Positions 1-10,716 of a stretch of 60,060 nucleotides of DNA are shown piece after piece. A model generated the notes under the pieces. That model searched no databases, was not told where the DNA came from, and saw only the letters and a program-made list of their open reading frames with translations. Each line of letters opens with the position of its first letter. Position 1 is the first letter of the stretch. Position numbers and translations under genes: made by a program. Source of the DNA: Candidatus Bathyarchaeia archaeon (GTDB lineage: Archaea > Thermoproteota > Bathyarchaeia > Bathyarchaeales > Bathycorpusculaceae); contig JBEKHJ010000001.1 in NCBI GenBank assembly GCA_050012335.1, forward strand, positions 1-60,060, read 5' to 3'.

Positions 1-335
1 TGGTGACAAGAGCCGAATTATTGCCAGCACCCGTGTAGCTGCCTGAGCCAACGCCGGTCCAGCCAACCCATAGAAACCGCTCAGATGAGCTGTTCGTTGC
101 AAACGCAGAAAGCGTCACTGAAGAACCATCAGTAACCCAACTTGTCCCAACAGCAGGAGAAGTCGTGCCAAAGTTAGCAGCCAAAGTTAGCAAGTACTGA
201 TGTGTCCATGAAGCCGTCTCGGTGATTGGGCCATTCATGGTGACAAGAGCTGAATTATTGCCAGCACCCGTGTAGCTGCCCGATCCAGACCCGGTCCAGC
301 CAACCCATAGATACCTCTCACTTGAACTGTTGCTT
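1..335. repeat. Intragenic repeat, 237-bp (79-aa) period
   Basis: tggtgacaagagc(c/t)gaattattgccagcacccgtgtagctgcc at 1 and 238; encodes WVGWTGxGSGSYTGAGNNSALVT twice. Confidence 0.85.
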
Positions 336-3300
336 AAAACAGCATAAATTGTCACTGGAGAACCAGCATTAAACCAGCCGCTGACAGGACTAACGCTGCC
401 AAAATTCTTATTCACAGTCAAATAATACTGAGTATTGTATGTACCCGTAACCGTCAATGGAGCGGTCACAGTCTGAGGCGAACCTGGACTTGTATCAGTT
501 AGAACATACTGAGTCCCAGTTGTTCCCGCCACAGTCGACTGATAACTATATGAAATTGATGAGCCACTATCCACCGAAACACTGAAAGGAACGGCACTTT
601 GAACTGGCGTTCCGCCATCAATTTGGTAGGTGACGGTTGGAGCTACAGTTGAACCTGTCTGAGCAAAATTCACCGTGTACACGTAACTCTCTTGAGGACC
701 AATCGATGCCGAAGGTTCAGGAGCAGAGTATTGTCGAACTCGGACGTTGTCAAAGTATTCTCTTGACACTTCTGTATAGGCTGTGTCTAACCTGACTCTG
801 TCTGATGCCACCGCGTCTGCCGTCACTTGGTAAGCGACCCCATTTATTATTACCTGGCTGTTTGCGCCAGCCCAGACTATGGATATGTGATACCACGTGT
901 TCCAGCTTCCACTCTGCAACACCGTGAATGTGCCACTGTGGAACCATTCGAAGTTTGCAGTCCCGGAATCATTGAAGTAGTACAATGTCCCTGACGCCGC
1001 CGATGATGGGGCAACAAGCAGAATCCTACCCTGAGGTTGCGCAGTTCCCGGTGTCCCCGTGCCCAAAGCATCCGTCATGTCCCAATCAAAATCAACCACC
1101 ATGCTGGAAAGACTGAGCGGTATTTCCGCGTACTGGTAGGCGGCATTTGTAGTGTCGTCGTTTACCAGCAGTCCATAACTGCCGGTATGGGCAGCTGACG
1201 CGTCTACGTAGACCTTGGTTGGATCCGAGAAGACCCATGTTGGACCCCCGCCTCCTGAGCCCGTGTCAAGCGATGGATCATATGCTTCGTTGTAGTTGAC
1301 GCCGTATGGGCCGTTAGTATCTGCCCTGCCGCCAACAACATACAGTTTGCCTGATATGACCCCACAGGCTGAACCGTCTCTCGGATGGGAAGCCGGGGAC
1401 CCTGTCGTCCAGCTGTCCGCTACAGGATCATAAACATATGTTGCCTCCGAAAAAACAGCATTGTTAAACCCGTGGGTTACATAGATTTTGCCGTTTATGA
1501 CAGGATTTTCTCTTGTAATTCCGTACAACGCATTTGGAAGAGGCGCTGCGGTCGCCCATGTGTTACTTGCAACATCATAGACCTCGTTGACGCTCGAGGG
1601 CGCAACTGGGTTACCGAGAGAATCATATTGGTAGCCGCCGATGACATAGATTTTTCCGCCGACTACGGCGCAGGTGCCCCAAGTCCTGGGGGTAGGCACA
1701 TCCGCCAATTGAGTAAACGTGCCAGCGACTGGGTCATAAACATAATGGAAGTTTTTGTAGAACAGATGGATCACATTTTGGTACTGTACTCCCATAATGC
1801 CTTGATACGCCAAATTGATGGGTCCATTTGGTCCTGTCGACCAAGAATTCGCCACTGGATCATAGATTTCATTTGTCATAAAAGGGTAGTTGTATGGATA
1901 GCTGTAGGCAATCCCTATTTTCGTAAGTGCCGCGGTAGTCTCGGCACTGTAGAACATTTGGATCCCATTGTTGACTAAAACAATCTTTCCAGTTTCGTCA
2001 ACAGTAGGGGCCGTGCGATAAATGCCCACGTCATCCCATTGACCAGTTGCTCCTATCGATAAGGCAGTACCCCTGTTCACCCAGTTAATCTTATCAGAGG
2101 AAGTCAAAAGAACAAGCTGATAGTCGACAGCTCCACTAAGTTGACGAACCACATACATGTAGTAATCATTAGAGACAGGACTTATCGCCACATTCAGGTG
2201 TCCACAACCGCTTAAGTACGGCCGAGAGACAGAGTTGTCTTGCGGCAAGGCAATAATGGGATTGCCCGTGTTGCGTGAAATGCTACTAATGCTATTCGTC
2301 GTGTCATCCCAAGTGAAAGTTGCCAGTCCCGCATTTCCACGGTTATTACCTTCTGCCTCGTCAGCATAGTAAAGATAGAAGACACCATTTTGGTACAACA
2401 AAGTCGGGGTGCAAACCTTGGATATCCCGCTTGTATCACGTTCCCAAGGTAGACCGTGGGTATCATCTCCAGACAGGATTATTGGGTCAGTGTTGCCGTT
2501 TATGCTGGTGCCACCATACTGTGTCCAAGTTTTGCCGTCTGAAGAATAGGCTAAAGCAATCTTGCGGCTGCCATCAGCCGCGTGTCCTGGATCCCAAACC
2601 ATAAACCACTTGTTGTAGTCAGACACATAGACAAAGTCAGGATCGGGATTTTCCAGATCGTTGAAGGCGCCTGGCGCACCAAGCGATATGACAGGATTAC
2701 TTATTCCAGCATCTGTCCAAGTTATGCCATCGTTGCTCCTAACGACGCTAGGATTCTCAAATGATACCGAAGCAGTAGCATTGTAAGGGGTATACATCAT
2801 CCAATACGTGTAACCGTCTTTTCCACCCGGGAAATATATCACGTCAGGATGCACTACACCACCAGCTCCATACGGGGGGATTGCAAGAGGATTCCCGGCG
2901 TACTTTACGGGTCCAGTACTGGTGCCGCCCATAACGTAGATTTTGCCATTGCACTGCAACGATATTTCACCCCATCTGGGGGTTGGCATATCGGTTTTTT
3001 TCGTCCACGTGTTCGAAGTTGGGTCATAAGCGTAGGTCTGATTTAAAATATCAGTGGCACCGTTATTGTATCCACCGAAAACGTATAGTATGTTGTTGTA
3101 GACTGCGGCAGTACAGTCGGCCGTGTTTGCTGGGATGGGTGCCTTGTCAATCCATGGCGAGGAAGGAGAAGACTGAGTTTCGAAATCGTCATAGAAGGTG
3201 AAAGTCGATTTCCCGCTACTAACGCTGACTGCACTGGGATTATCATAATACATGTATATCGTGGCAGAACCCGATGCAGAAACACTCGGCACATTCACCC

Positions 3301-3604
3301 AGACGACAGCGGAGGTTGAAGAAACATAACTCTCAACCCAGAATGGGATAAGAGTCGCTCCATCATCGCTCGTAAACCGAAGATCAGAAAAATCACTCTT
3401 CATAGTTGAATCAAAGTTCACAGACAATTTCACTTGGTAGTTGGTTAGAGAGTTTAGATTTTGACTGTTATCAATAGTTACTGCCCTTCGCCTTCCCCAT
3501 GGATCCAACCAAGAAGATGAAGCTGACGCTGGGTGTATGAAGACAAATGATTCGAATGCCAGAAACAAAATTAACAAAAGAATTATAGTTTTTCCGTATT
3601 TCAT
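1..3604 (-). CDS. Large secreted surface protein (runs off the window at its 3' end): signal peptide, DUF2341-like domain, Kelch propeller with inserted GH43/GH32-like propeller, LamG-like domain, 79-aa Ig-like repeats
   Basis: Not in the ORF track because it is open to the window edge. Translated by eye from ATG 3604: [20 protein letters not shown]...; DFSDLRFT...IPFWVE...VWVNVP (DUF2341); Kelch LYVFGG/YDPxxNTW; [23 protein letters not shown]. Paralog of 3613-8055. Confidence 0.9.
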   Translation of the reverse strand, partial: MKYGKTIILLLILFLAFESFVFIHPASASSSWLDPWGRRRAVTIDNSQNLNSLTNYQVKLSVNFDSTMKSDFSDLRFTSDDGATLIPFWVESYVSSTSAVVWVNVPSVSASGSATIYMYYDNPSAVSVSSGKSTFTFYDDFETQSSPSSPWIDKAPIPANTADCTAAVYNNILYVFGGYNNGATDILNQTYAYDPTSNTWTKKTDMPTPRWGEISLQCNGKIYVMGGTSTGPVKYAGNPLAIPPYGAGGVVHPDVIYFPGGKDGYTYWMMYTPYNATASVSFENPSVVRSNDGITWTDAGISNPVISLGAPGAFNDLENPDPDFVYVSDYNKWFMVWDPGHAADGSRKIALAYSSDGKTWTQYGGTSINGNTDPIILSGDDTHGLPWERDTSGISKVCTPTLLYQNGVFYLYYADEAEGNNRGNAGLATFTWDDTTNSISSISRNTGNPIIALPQDNSVSRPYLSGCGHLNVAISPVSNDYYMYVVRQLSGAVDYQLVLLTSSDKINWVNRGTALSIGATGQWDDVGIYRTAPTVDETGKIVLVNNGIQMFYSAETTAALTKIGIAYSYPYNYPFMTNEIYDPVANSWSTGPNGPINLAYQGIMGVQYQNVIHLFYKNFHYVYDPVAGTFTQLADVPTPRTWGTCAVVGGKIYVIGGYQYDSLGNPVAPSSVNEVYDVASNTWATAAPLPNALYGITRENPVINGKIYVTHGFNNAVFSEATYVYDPVADSWTTGSPASHPRDGSACGVISGKLYVVGGRADTNGPYGVNYNEAYDPSLDTGSGGGGPTWVFSDPTKVYVDASAAHTGSYGLLVNDDTTNAAYQYAEIPLSLSSMVVDFDWDMTDALGTGTPGTAQPQGRILLVAPSSAASGTLYYFNDSGTANFEWFHSGTFTVLQSGSWNTWYHISIVWAGANSQVIINGVAYQVTADAVASDRVRLDTAYTEVSREYFDNVRVRQYSAPEPSASIGPQESYVYTVNFAQTGSTVAPTVTYQIDGGTPVQSAVPFSVSVDSGSSISYSYQSTVAGTTGTQYVLTDTSPGSPQTVTAPLTVTGTYNTQYYLTVNKNFGSVSPVSGWFNAGSPVTIYAVLSNSSSERYLWVGWTGSGSGSYTGAGNNSALVTMNGPITETASWTHQYLLTLAANFGTTSPAVGTSWVTDGSSVTLSAFATNSSSERFLWVGWTGVGSGSYTGAGNNSALVT

Positions 3605-4941
3605 TTTTTCCTTTATCTCCAATTTCTTGACTTGCGAACCAAAACCCTCATGACAACAAACAACCAACTAACAGCATTAACCGCCGTGACAGTGACAAAC
3701 GCACCAGAAGCAAACGTAAACATAGTCAAACCATTCTGAACAGAAGGCGTGTAGGTTGCATAGACGCTTTGACCGCCACACCCAGGATCACTAGTCATAG
3801 CCTGACATTTAGCAAGCAACTCATTAGCAAAAGTCGTTTTAGTAACATATTCACCATTGCCACCACCAGAATACATCGTCGTCATAGAATTAGACGAAAC
3901 CCAATAGAAATAATAGGTCCCCGCCGACAACGCAATATTAAGACCAGACCAAGTATGCCAACCCGTCGCAGCCACAGTGTAACTTCCAGTCTGCCCCTTC
4001 AACGTGCCCGCCGCGCCGCCTGAACCATCATTAGCGTAAATCCCAACCTTAACATTACAAGTGGCAGTATACGAGTTGATATAAAGGGAAATGCTAGTCA
4101 CAACCCCGTTTTCAGACAAAACGAACCTACAACCGCCTTTGTCATTTTTAGCCCAAGTGTCGACGCTTCCACCAACAGCGGTGTTCCCAAAAACATGTGA
4201 GGTCGGGGTAGGAGTGGGAGTTGGGGTAGGAGTAGAAGTGGGAGTGGGGGTAGGGGTAGGAGTGGGAGTTGGGGTAGGAGTTGCAGTGGGAGTGGGAGTT
4301 GGGGTAGGAGTTGCAGTGGGAGTGGGAGTTGGGGTAGGAGTTGCAGTGGGAGTGGGAGTTGGGGTAGGAGTAGGAGTAGGCGTTGGAGTAGGAGTAGGAG
4401 TAGGCGTTGGAGTAGGAGTTGGTGTAGGAGTAGGAGTTGGAGTTGGGGTAGGAGTTGGAGTTGGAGTTGGGGTAGGAGTAGGAGTGGAAGTTGTGTAGGT
4501 TGCATAGACACTTTGACCACCACACCCAGGATCACTAGTCATAGCCTGACACTTAGCAAGCAACTCATTAGCAAAAGTAGTCTTAGTAACATACTCACCA
4601 TTACCACCACCAGAATACATCGTCGTCATAGAATTAGACGAAACCCAATAGAAATAATACGTACCCGCCGACAACGCAATATTAAGACCAGACCAAGTAT
4701 GCCAACCCGTCGCAGCCACAGTATAACTTCCAGTCTGCCCCTTCAACGTACCCGCCGCACCGCCCGAACCATCATTAGCGTAAATCCCAACCTTAACATT
4801 ACAAGTGGCAGTATACGAGTTGATATAAAGAGAAATACCAGTCACAACGCCGTTTTCAGACAAAACAAACCTACAACCACCCTTATCATTTGAAGCCCAA
4901 GCGTCAACGCTTCCACCAACAGCGGTGTTCCCAAAAACATG
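3285..4941. repeat. 1,657-bp direct repeat, copy 1 (spans a gene junction)
   Basis: Matches 7736-9392 at offset 4451. Identity begins at ctcggcacattcaccc and ends at cccaaaaacatg. The ORF-track shadow peptides are identical in both copies. Confidence 0.95.
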
Positions 4942-7900
4942 CAAAACATAGGAGACCCAGTTCCAGGTTATGCTTGAATCCTGTGTAATGGTGAAAGTCA
5001 CAGTGGTCGCAGAGCCAGAGGCAGGAACACTCCCCGTACCCGTCCAACCTGTACAAGTCCAAATCAGACTGCCCTCAGTCACCGGGCTGGTAACGCTCGC
5101 AGTCACTGTTGCGCCATCAGCGTAGGATTGCACCCCAGCTGTCGGAGAAGGACTACCATGGACGCTCGTAACAGTCAGATACCGCGGAACCTTTTCATCA
5201 CCAATCGAAAACGATGGCTCAACAGCAGCGTATTTGTGAACTACGACGTTGTCAAAGTATTCTCTTGTCAATTCCGGAAGGCTTGTGTCTAACCTGACTC
5301 TGTCTGAGGGAACCGCATTTGCCGTCACTGGATGAGCGACACCGTTTATTATCACTTTGCTGTTTGCGCCAGCCCAGACTATGGATATGTGATACCACGT
5401 GTTCCAGCTTCCACTCTGTAAGACCGTGAAAGCGTTATTGTAGTACCATTCGAACTCTGGAGTTCCAGCATCGTTGAAATAGTACAATGTGCCATTCCCA
5501 TATGACGATGGGGAAACAAGCAAAATTCTACCTTGCGGTTGAGTAGTCGCTGTGCCCAAAGCGTTCGTTATATCCCAGTCAACGTCAACCACCATTGTGG
5601 ACATTGTGGCATCGTGCTCCGCGTACTCATAGCTGTTTGCAAGGTTGTCGTTTATCAGCAATCCATAGCCGCCAGTGTGCGCAGCCGATGCGTCGATGTA
5701 AACCCTCGTCGGGTCGGACAATGCCCATTGAGAAGGTGTCGGATCGTATTGTTCGTTATAGTTAAGACCGTATGGACCAGTCCAATCTGCTCTGCCGCCA
5801 ACAACATACAACTTGTTCGAGATAACTCCGCAGGCAACACCGTCTCGCGCATGTGAAGCCGATGGTCCCTGCGACCAGCTGTTAGTTGAAGGATCGTATA
5901 TGTAGACTGACGTCTGGAAAATGCTGCTGGAGTTCACTCCATGCGTCACATAGATTTTGCCCCCAATAACAGGGTTCTCTCTCGTAACCCCATATTCGCT
6001 AGTTGGAAGCGGAGCCTGCGTCGACCACGTATCGGATGCTGGATCATAGACCTCATTAACGCTTGACGGGTTGATTGGATTGCCACTAGTATCATAAGAA
6101 TAGCCACCAATAAGGTAGATCTTACCATTGACAACCGCACAAGTCCCCCATGTCCTCGGAGTAGGAACGTCTGCTTTCCGAGTGTAAGTCCCCGCCGAAG
6201 GATCGTACACATAATGATACTGATGGTAAAATAGATGAATCACACTCCCGTAAGCAATCCCCATCAGACCCTGATCCCCTATCAGGACAGGCCCACTCGG
6301 CCCTTCTGCCCAATTGTTCGCTGTCGGATCATAGATTTCATTTGACATCGCTTTCACTCCGAACGGGGTAGTGTAAGCAATACCTATCTTACAAGTTGGA
6401 CCGGAGCCGGTTTCACCAGTGTAGAAGAGTTGAATCATGTTATTGAAGAGAACGATCTTGCCAGTCTGATCAACAGTCGGACAAGAACGATAAACGCGAT
6501 CACTGTCCCACATCCCAGAACCTGCCGTCAGGACAGTTCCCTTACTCGTCCACGAAACCTTATCAGACGAAGTAAGCAGAACAACCTGAAAACCAACCGA
6601 AGTTCCCAGCGCCGCCCGACAACCATACATATAATACGTGTTGTCTGTGGGGCTTACGGCCACGTCTATATGGCCAATGCCATTCTCATAAGTGCTGTCT
6701 TGAGGCAGATTTATTATTGGATTACCAGAGTTACGAGTTGGTGCGGTGATGCTATGCGTGGCGTCGTTCCAGGTGAAGGTTGCCAGTCCCGCTTTTCCGT
6801 GATTGGTGCCGCTTGCCTCTTCAGCGTAATAGAGGTAGAAAACACCATTTTCGTATAGCAACGTTGGCGTACAAGTCTTAGAATATATGCCAGAACGTTC
6901 CCAAGCCTGACCGTACGTATCGTTCCCAGCCAAGACAATAGGGTCAGCATTACCGTTCACGGTTGTACCATTATACTCAATCCAAGTCTTACCATCAGAA
7001 GACCAAGCGAGCGCAATCTGCCGACTGTCAGTCTTCACATCGCCAGGATCCCAAACCATGAACCACTTATTATAATCTGAAACGTAAACAAAGTCAGGAT
7101 CAGGATTCTCCTCATCTCCGGGAGCAACGCCGACAGGTATGCTCGGGTTGGTAATTCCGGTTGCGGTCCATGTTATTCCATCGTTGCTCCTCACAACGCA
7201 TGGAGTCTCATTCTTTGAGACCGTCGAGCTATACGGCGTGTACATCATCCAATACTTGTAACCGTCTTTTCCGCTAGGGAAGTATACAACATCAGGATGT
7301 AAAACATTGCCAGAGCCATAGTCTGGGATGTTCAGAGGATTGCCCTGATACGTCTGAACACTGGAAGTTCGCCCCCCAAAAACGTAGATCTTGCCACCAT
7401 ACTGAACCGCTATCTCACCCCATCTCGCGGTAGGCATATCCGCCTTCTGCGACCAAGTATTCGACGCCGGGTCATAAGAATAGGCACTATTCAAAATGTC
7501 ACTAGCAGTGTTGTTATAACCCCCAAACACGTACAACTGACCGTTGTACACTGCAGCCGAAGCATCAGCCGTCTTATATGGCATTGCCGCTTCTTGAGTC
7601 CACCTCGAAGAGTTTGAAGAGTAGGAAGTCTCGAAATCATCAAACAAATCGAAAGTCGAACTTGCATTGGCGACGCTGGTTGCGCTTGGATTCCCATAGT
7701 ACATGTATACTGTCGCCGTGCCCGAAGCAGGAATGCTCGGCACATTCACCCAGACGACAGCGGAGGTTGAAGAAACATAACTCTCAACCCAGAATGGGAT
7801 AAGAGTCGCTCCATCATCGCTCGTAAACCGAAGATCAGAAAAATCACTCTTCATAGTTGAATCAAAGTTCACAGACAATTTCACTTGGTAGTTGGTTAGA

Positions 7901-8055
7901 GAGTTTAGATTTTGACTGTTATCAATAGTTACTGCCCTTCGCCTTCCCCATGGATCCAACCAAGAAGATGAAGCTGACGCTGGGTGTATGAAGACAAATG
8001 ATTCGAATGCCAGAAACAAAATTAACAAAAGAATTATAGTTTTTCCGTATTTCAT
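3613..8055 (-). CDS. Membrane-anchored surface protein: DUF2341-like + Kelch/GH43-like nested propellers + LamG-like + Ig-like + two DUF4082-like domains + PT linker + C-terminal TM
   Basis: ORF 3613-8118. Likely start is ATG 8055 (MKYGK signal peptide, preceded by TAAAGGAAAAA). Kelch GG/YDP/W motifs; long (PT)n tract; hydrophobic C-terminus followed by RKSRNWR. Confidence 0.92.
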   Translation of the reverse strand: MKYGKTIILLLILFLAFESFVFIHPASASSSWLDPWGRRRAVTIDNSQNLNSLTNYQVKLSVNFDSTMKSDFSDLRFTSDDGATLIPFWVESYVSSTSAVVWVNVPSIPASGTATVYMYYGNPSATSVANASSTFDLFDDFETSYSSNSSRWTQEAAMPYKTADASAAVYNGQLYVFGGYNNTASDILNSAYSYDPASNTWSQKADMPTARWGEIAVQYGGKIYVFGGRTSSVQTYQGNPLNIPDYGSGNVLHPDVVYFPSGKDGYKYWMMYTPYSSTVSKNETPCVVRSNDGITWTATGITNPSIPVGVAPGDEENPDPDFVYVSDYNKWFMVWDPGDVKTDSRQIALAWSSDGKTWIEYNGTTVNGNADPIVLAGNDTYGQAWERSGIYSKTCTPTLLYENGVFYLYYAEEASGTNHGKAGLATFTWNDATHSITAPTRNSGNPIINLPQDSTYENGIGHIDVAVSPTDNTYYMYGCRAALGTSVGFQVVLLTSSDKVSWTSKGTVLTAGSGMWDSDRVYRSCPTVDQTGKIVLFNNMIQLFYTGETGSGPTCKIGIAYTTPFGVKAMSNEIYDPTANNWAEGPSGPVLIGDQGLMGIAYGSVIHLFYHQYHYVYDPSAGTYTRKADVPTPRTWGTCAVVNGKIYLIGGYSYDTSGNPINPSSVNEVYDPASDTWSTQAPLPTSEYGVTRENPVIGGKIYVTHGVNSSSIFQTSVYIYDPSTNSWSQGPSASHARDGVACGVISNKLYVVGGRADWTGPYGLNYNEQYDPTPSQWALSDPTRVYIDASAAHTGGYGLLINDNLANSYEYAEHDATMSTMVVDVDWDITNALGTATTQPQGRILLVSPSSYGNGTLYYFNDAGTPEFEWYYNNAFTVLQSGSWNTWYHISIVWAGANSKVIINGVAHPVTANAVPSDRVRLDTSLPELTREYFDNVVVHKYAAVEPSFSIGDEKVPRYLTVTSVHGSPSPTAGVQSYADGATVTASVTSPVTEGSLIWTCTGWTGTGSVPASGSATTVTFTITQDSSITWNWVSYVLHVFGNTAVGGSVDAWASNDKGGCRFVLSENGVVTGISLYINSYTATCNVKVGIYANDGSGGAAGTLKGQTGSYTVAATGWHTWSGLNIALSAGTYYFYWVSSNSMTTMYSGGGNGEYVTKTTFANELLAKCQAMTSDPGCGGQSVYATYTTSTPTPTPTPTPTPTPTPTPTPTPTPTPTPTPTPTPTPTPTPTPTPTPTATPTPTPTPTATPTPTPTPTATPTPTPTPTPTPTPTSTPTPTPTPTPTSHVFGNTAVGGSVDTWAKNDKGGCRFVLSENGVVTSISLYINSYTATCNVKVGIYANDGSGGAAGTLKGQTGSYTVAATGWHTWSGLNIALSAGTYYFYWVSSNSMTTMYSGGGNGEYVTKTTFANELLAKCQAMTSDPGCGGQSVYATYTPSVQNGLTMFTFASGAFVTVTAVNAVSWLFVVMRVLVRKSRNWR
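4200..4492 (-). repeat. Pro-Thr low-complexity linker
   Basis: (ggagtN)n hexamer array encoding about 95 aa of PT/AT. Confidence 0.95.
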
Positions 8056-9392
8056 TTTTTCCTTTATCTCCAATTTCTTGACTTGCGAACCAAAACCCTC
8101 ATGACAACAAACAACCAACTAACAGCATTAACCGCCGTGACAGTGACAAACGCACCAGAAGCAAACGTAAACATAGTCAAACCATTCTGAACAGAAGGCG
8201 TGTAGGTTGCATAGACGCTTTGACCGCCACACCCAGGATCACTAGTCATAGCCTGACATTTAGCAAGCAACTCATTAGCAAAAGTCGTTTTAGTAACATA
8301 TTCACCATTGCCACCACCAGAATACATCGTCGTCATAGAATTAGACGAAACCCAATAGAAATAATAGGTCCCCGCCGACAACGCAATATTAAGACCAGAC
8401 CAAGTATGCCAACCCGTCGCAGCCACAGTGTAACTTCCAGTCTGCCCCTTCAACGTGCCCGCCGCGCCGCCTGAACCATCATTAGCGTAAATCCCAACCT
8501 TAACATTACAAGTGGCAGTATACGAGTTGATATAAAGGGAAATGCTAGTCACAACCCCGTTTTCAGACAAAACGAACCTACAACCGCCTTTGTCATTTTT
8601 AGCCCAAGTGTCGACGCTTCCACCAACAGCGGTGTTCCCAAAAACATGTGAGGTCGGGGTAGGAGTGGGAGTTGGGGTAGGAGTAGAAGTGGGAGTGGGG
8701 GTAGGGGTAGGAGTGGGAGTTGGGGTAGGAGTTGCAGTGGGAGTGGGAGTTGGGGTAGGAGTTGCAGTGGGAGTGGGAGTTGGGGTAGGAGTTGCAGTGG
8801 GAGTGGGAGTTGGGGTAGGAGTAGGAGTAGGCGTTGGAGTAGGAGTAGGAGTAGGCGTTGGAGTAGGAGTTGGTGTAGGAGTAGGAGTTGGAGTTGGGGT
8901 AGGAGTTGGAGTTGGAGTTGGGGTAGGAGTAGGAGTGGAAGTTGTGTAGGTTGCATAGACACTTTGACCACCACACCCAGGATCACTAGTCATAGCCTGA
9001 CACTTAGCAAGCAACTCATTAGCAAAAGTAGTCTTAGTAACATACTCACCATTACCACCACCAGAATACATCGTCGTCATAGAATTAGACGAAACCCAAT
9101 AGAAATAATACGTACCCGCCGACAACGCAATATTAAGACCAGACCAAGTATGCCAACCCGTCGCAGCCACAGTATAACTTCCAGTCTGCCCCTTCAACGT
9201 ACCCGCCGCACCGCCCGAACCATCATTAGCGTAAATCCCAACCTTAACATTACAAGTGGCAGTATACGAGTTGATATAAAGAGAAATACCAGTCACAACG
9301 CCGTTTTCAGACAAAACAAACCTACAACCACCCTTATCATTTGAAGCCCAAGCGTCAACGCTTCCACCAACAGCGGTGTTCCCAAAAACATG
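7736..9392. repeat. 1,657-bp direct repeat, copy 2
   Basis: Identical by eye to 3285-4941, including the PT tract (8651-8943). Confidence 0.95.
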
Positions 9393-10562
9393 TGGGCTCG
9401 GGGTAGGAGTAGGAGTAGCGGTGGGAGTAGGAGTAGCGGTGGGAGTAGGAGTAGCGGTGGGAGTAGGAGAAGGAGAAATTGTATACTCCATTCTTAATCC
9501 ATTTTGGTAAACTGCATAATTAAGAGAATAATACAACACTTGGTTAAGAAACCTGCTGGAGTATTGTGAGCCAAACCAAAAACCGGCAGTGCTAAAGTTT
9601 GTGTAGACGGTCCAAGTTTTGCCCCCGTCAACCGACGTGTAAATAGCAGACGGATTTGAGTCTTGAGTCACGATACTTGCGAAGATTTGTCCTGTAACTG
9701 AATCCTGTTTTATCCATGCAATGCAGCAAGAAGTCCACGGTCCAATGGAAACAGAGGTATAAGTGGAATCGTCAGTCGTTCTATAGATAATGGCATTCGT
9801 ATAATCAGATCCAAACAGTTTTGCACCATCAGCAGTGATGCAAATTGCAACGCACTGTGGCAGCGCGTTCAATATTTTATTCCAAGTGGTTCCCCCATCT
9901 GTTGAGCGCAAAATGTATTCTATATTCCACGGCGAGATAAATTCACCAAAAGTGGCGTAGATGTAGCCAGTGTTTGGATCAACTTTCAAATCGTGAACAT
10001 GTCTAGCAGCTGCATCATAATAGACACTGGTCCAGGTTGCACCATTGTCTATACTCCGATAAATTCGTGCGTTGCCACCCGTGCTACTGTAAGTGTAAAC
10101 ACCAGCATAAAGCCATCCGGGGTGCATGCTGGAACGATCTTCATCAAAAGCCCATTGGACAGTGGACAGGCTCGCCGGATCCAGAGCCAAAACTCTTGTC
10201 CAAGTTGAGCCGCTGTCAGTACTTCTCCAAATCCCCCTATTAGAACCCGCCAAGCTCGCTCCTTCAGGAACAGCATAAACATATCCGTTAGAAGCAACAA
10301 AAACCAACTCTATTTCATCAGCACCTGAAATCGTCTGGAGAGACAACCAAGTTGCACCGTTGTCTGAACTCTTGTAGATTGTATTTCCAGCGCCAGCATA
10401 TATGACCCCGCTTGAAGTAACATCAATACCCTGAAACGCCTTTGTAGTCTCTGTAGATACATACTCGCCCCCCTGCGCAGGTACAACTGAAAATAGGGAG
10501 AAGAATGATCCGGTAATCATGAACACCAAAATCAAGACTACGAAAACTTTTTTATTCTTCAC
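8064..10562 (-). CDS. Membrane-anchored BNR/Asp-box (sialidase/GH74-like) beta-propeller protein with two DUF4082-like domains, PT linkers and C-terminal TM
   Basis: Repeated S-x-D-x-G-x-T-W Asp boxes ([40 protein letters not shown]); RHVH motif; N-terminal signal peptide. Start is GTG 10562 or TTG 10583. Confidence 0.9.
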   Translation of the reverse strand: MKNKKVFVVLILVFMITGSFFSLFSVVPAQGGEYVSTETTKAFQGIDVTSSGVIYAGAGNTIYKSSDNGATWLSLQTISGADEIELVFVASNGYVYAVPEGASLAGSNRGIWRSTDSGSTWTRVLALDPASLSTVQWAFDEDRSSMHPGWLYAGVYTYSSTGGNARIYRSIDNGATWTSVYYDAAARHVHDLKVDPNTGYIYATFGEFISPWNIEYILRSTDGGTTWNKILNALPQCVAICITADGAKLFGSDYTNAIIYRTTDDSTYTSVSIGPWTSCCIAWIKQDSVTGQIFASIVTQDSNPSAIYTSVDGGKTWTVYTNFSTAGFWFGSQYSSRFLNQVLYYSLNYAVYQNGLRMEYTISPSPTPTATPTPTATPTPTATPTPTPSPHVFGNTAVGGSVDAWASNDKGGCRFVLSENGVVTGISLYINSYTATCNVKVGIYANDGSGGAAGTLKGQTGSYTVAATGWHTWSGLNIALSAGTYYFYWVSSNSMTTMYSGGGNGEYVTKTTFANELLAKCQAMTSDPGCGGQSVYATYTTSTPTPTPTPTPTPTPTPTPTPTPTPTPTPTPTPTPTPTPTPTPTPTPTATPTPTPTPTATPTPTPTPTATPTPTPTPTPTPTPTSTPTPTPTPTPTSHVFGNTAVGGSVDTWAKNDKGGCRFVLSENGVVTSISLYINSYTATCNVKVGIYANDGSGGAAGTLKGQTGSYTVAATGWHTWSGLNIALSAGTYYFYWVSSNSMTTMYSGGGNGEYVTKTTFANELLAKCQAMTSDPGCGGQSVYATYTPSVQNGLTMFTFASGAFVTVTAVNAVSWLFVVMRVLVRKSRNWR

Positions 10563-10716
10563 AGTATGTCCACTTCCTTTCAAACACGCTCCCGAGTTAC
10601 ATTACGAGTTTATTAACCCCATGAATAAAAACTTGCCTGCAAAGTTTGATATGTAAAAAAGACCAGAGTGTTAGCGCTAGCGCGCTATTGCGCGGACATT
10701 TTCCACAATTCCGTCA

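Noticed and set aside
750-3294. Short ORF-track calls (e.g. 1385-1978 +)
   Set aside because: They overlap the long minus-strand gene 1-3604, which the track missed because it is edge-truncated.
4200-4492. Possible CRISPR array or non-coding tandem repeat
   Set aside because: Hexamer-period coding repeat with no unique spacers; no cas genes in the window.
4091-4535. Poly-GV, poly-LQ and SYPN ORFs (also 8542-8986 and 49299-49771)
   Set aside because: Alternative-frame and antisense shadows of PT-linker DNA.
8056-8118. N-terminal extension MVVCCHEG... of the 1501-aa ORF
   Set aside because: It overlaps the upstream gene's end; the signal peptide and RBS indicate ATG 8055.
3285-9392. Diversity-generating retroelement or composite transposon as the cause of the long repeat
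   Set aside because: No reverse transcriptase, no adenine-specific mismatches, no TIRs or transposase in the repeat.
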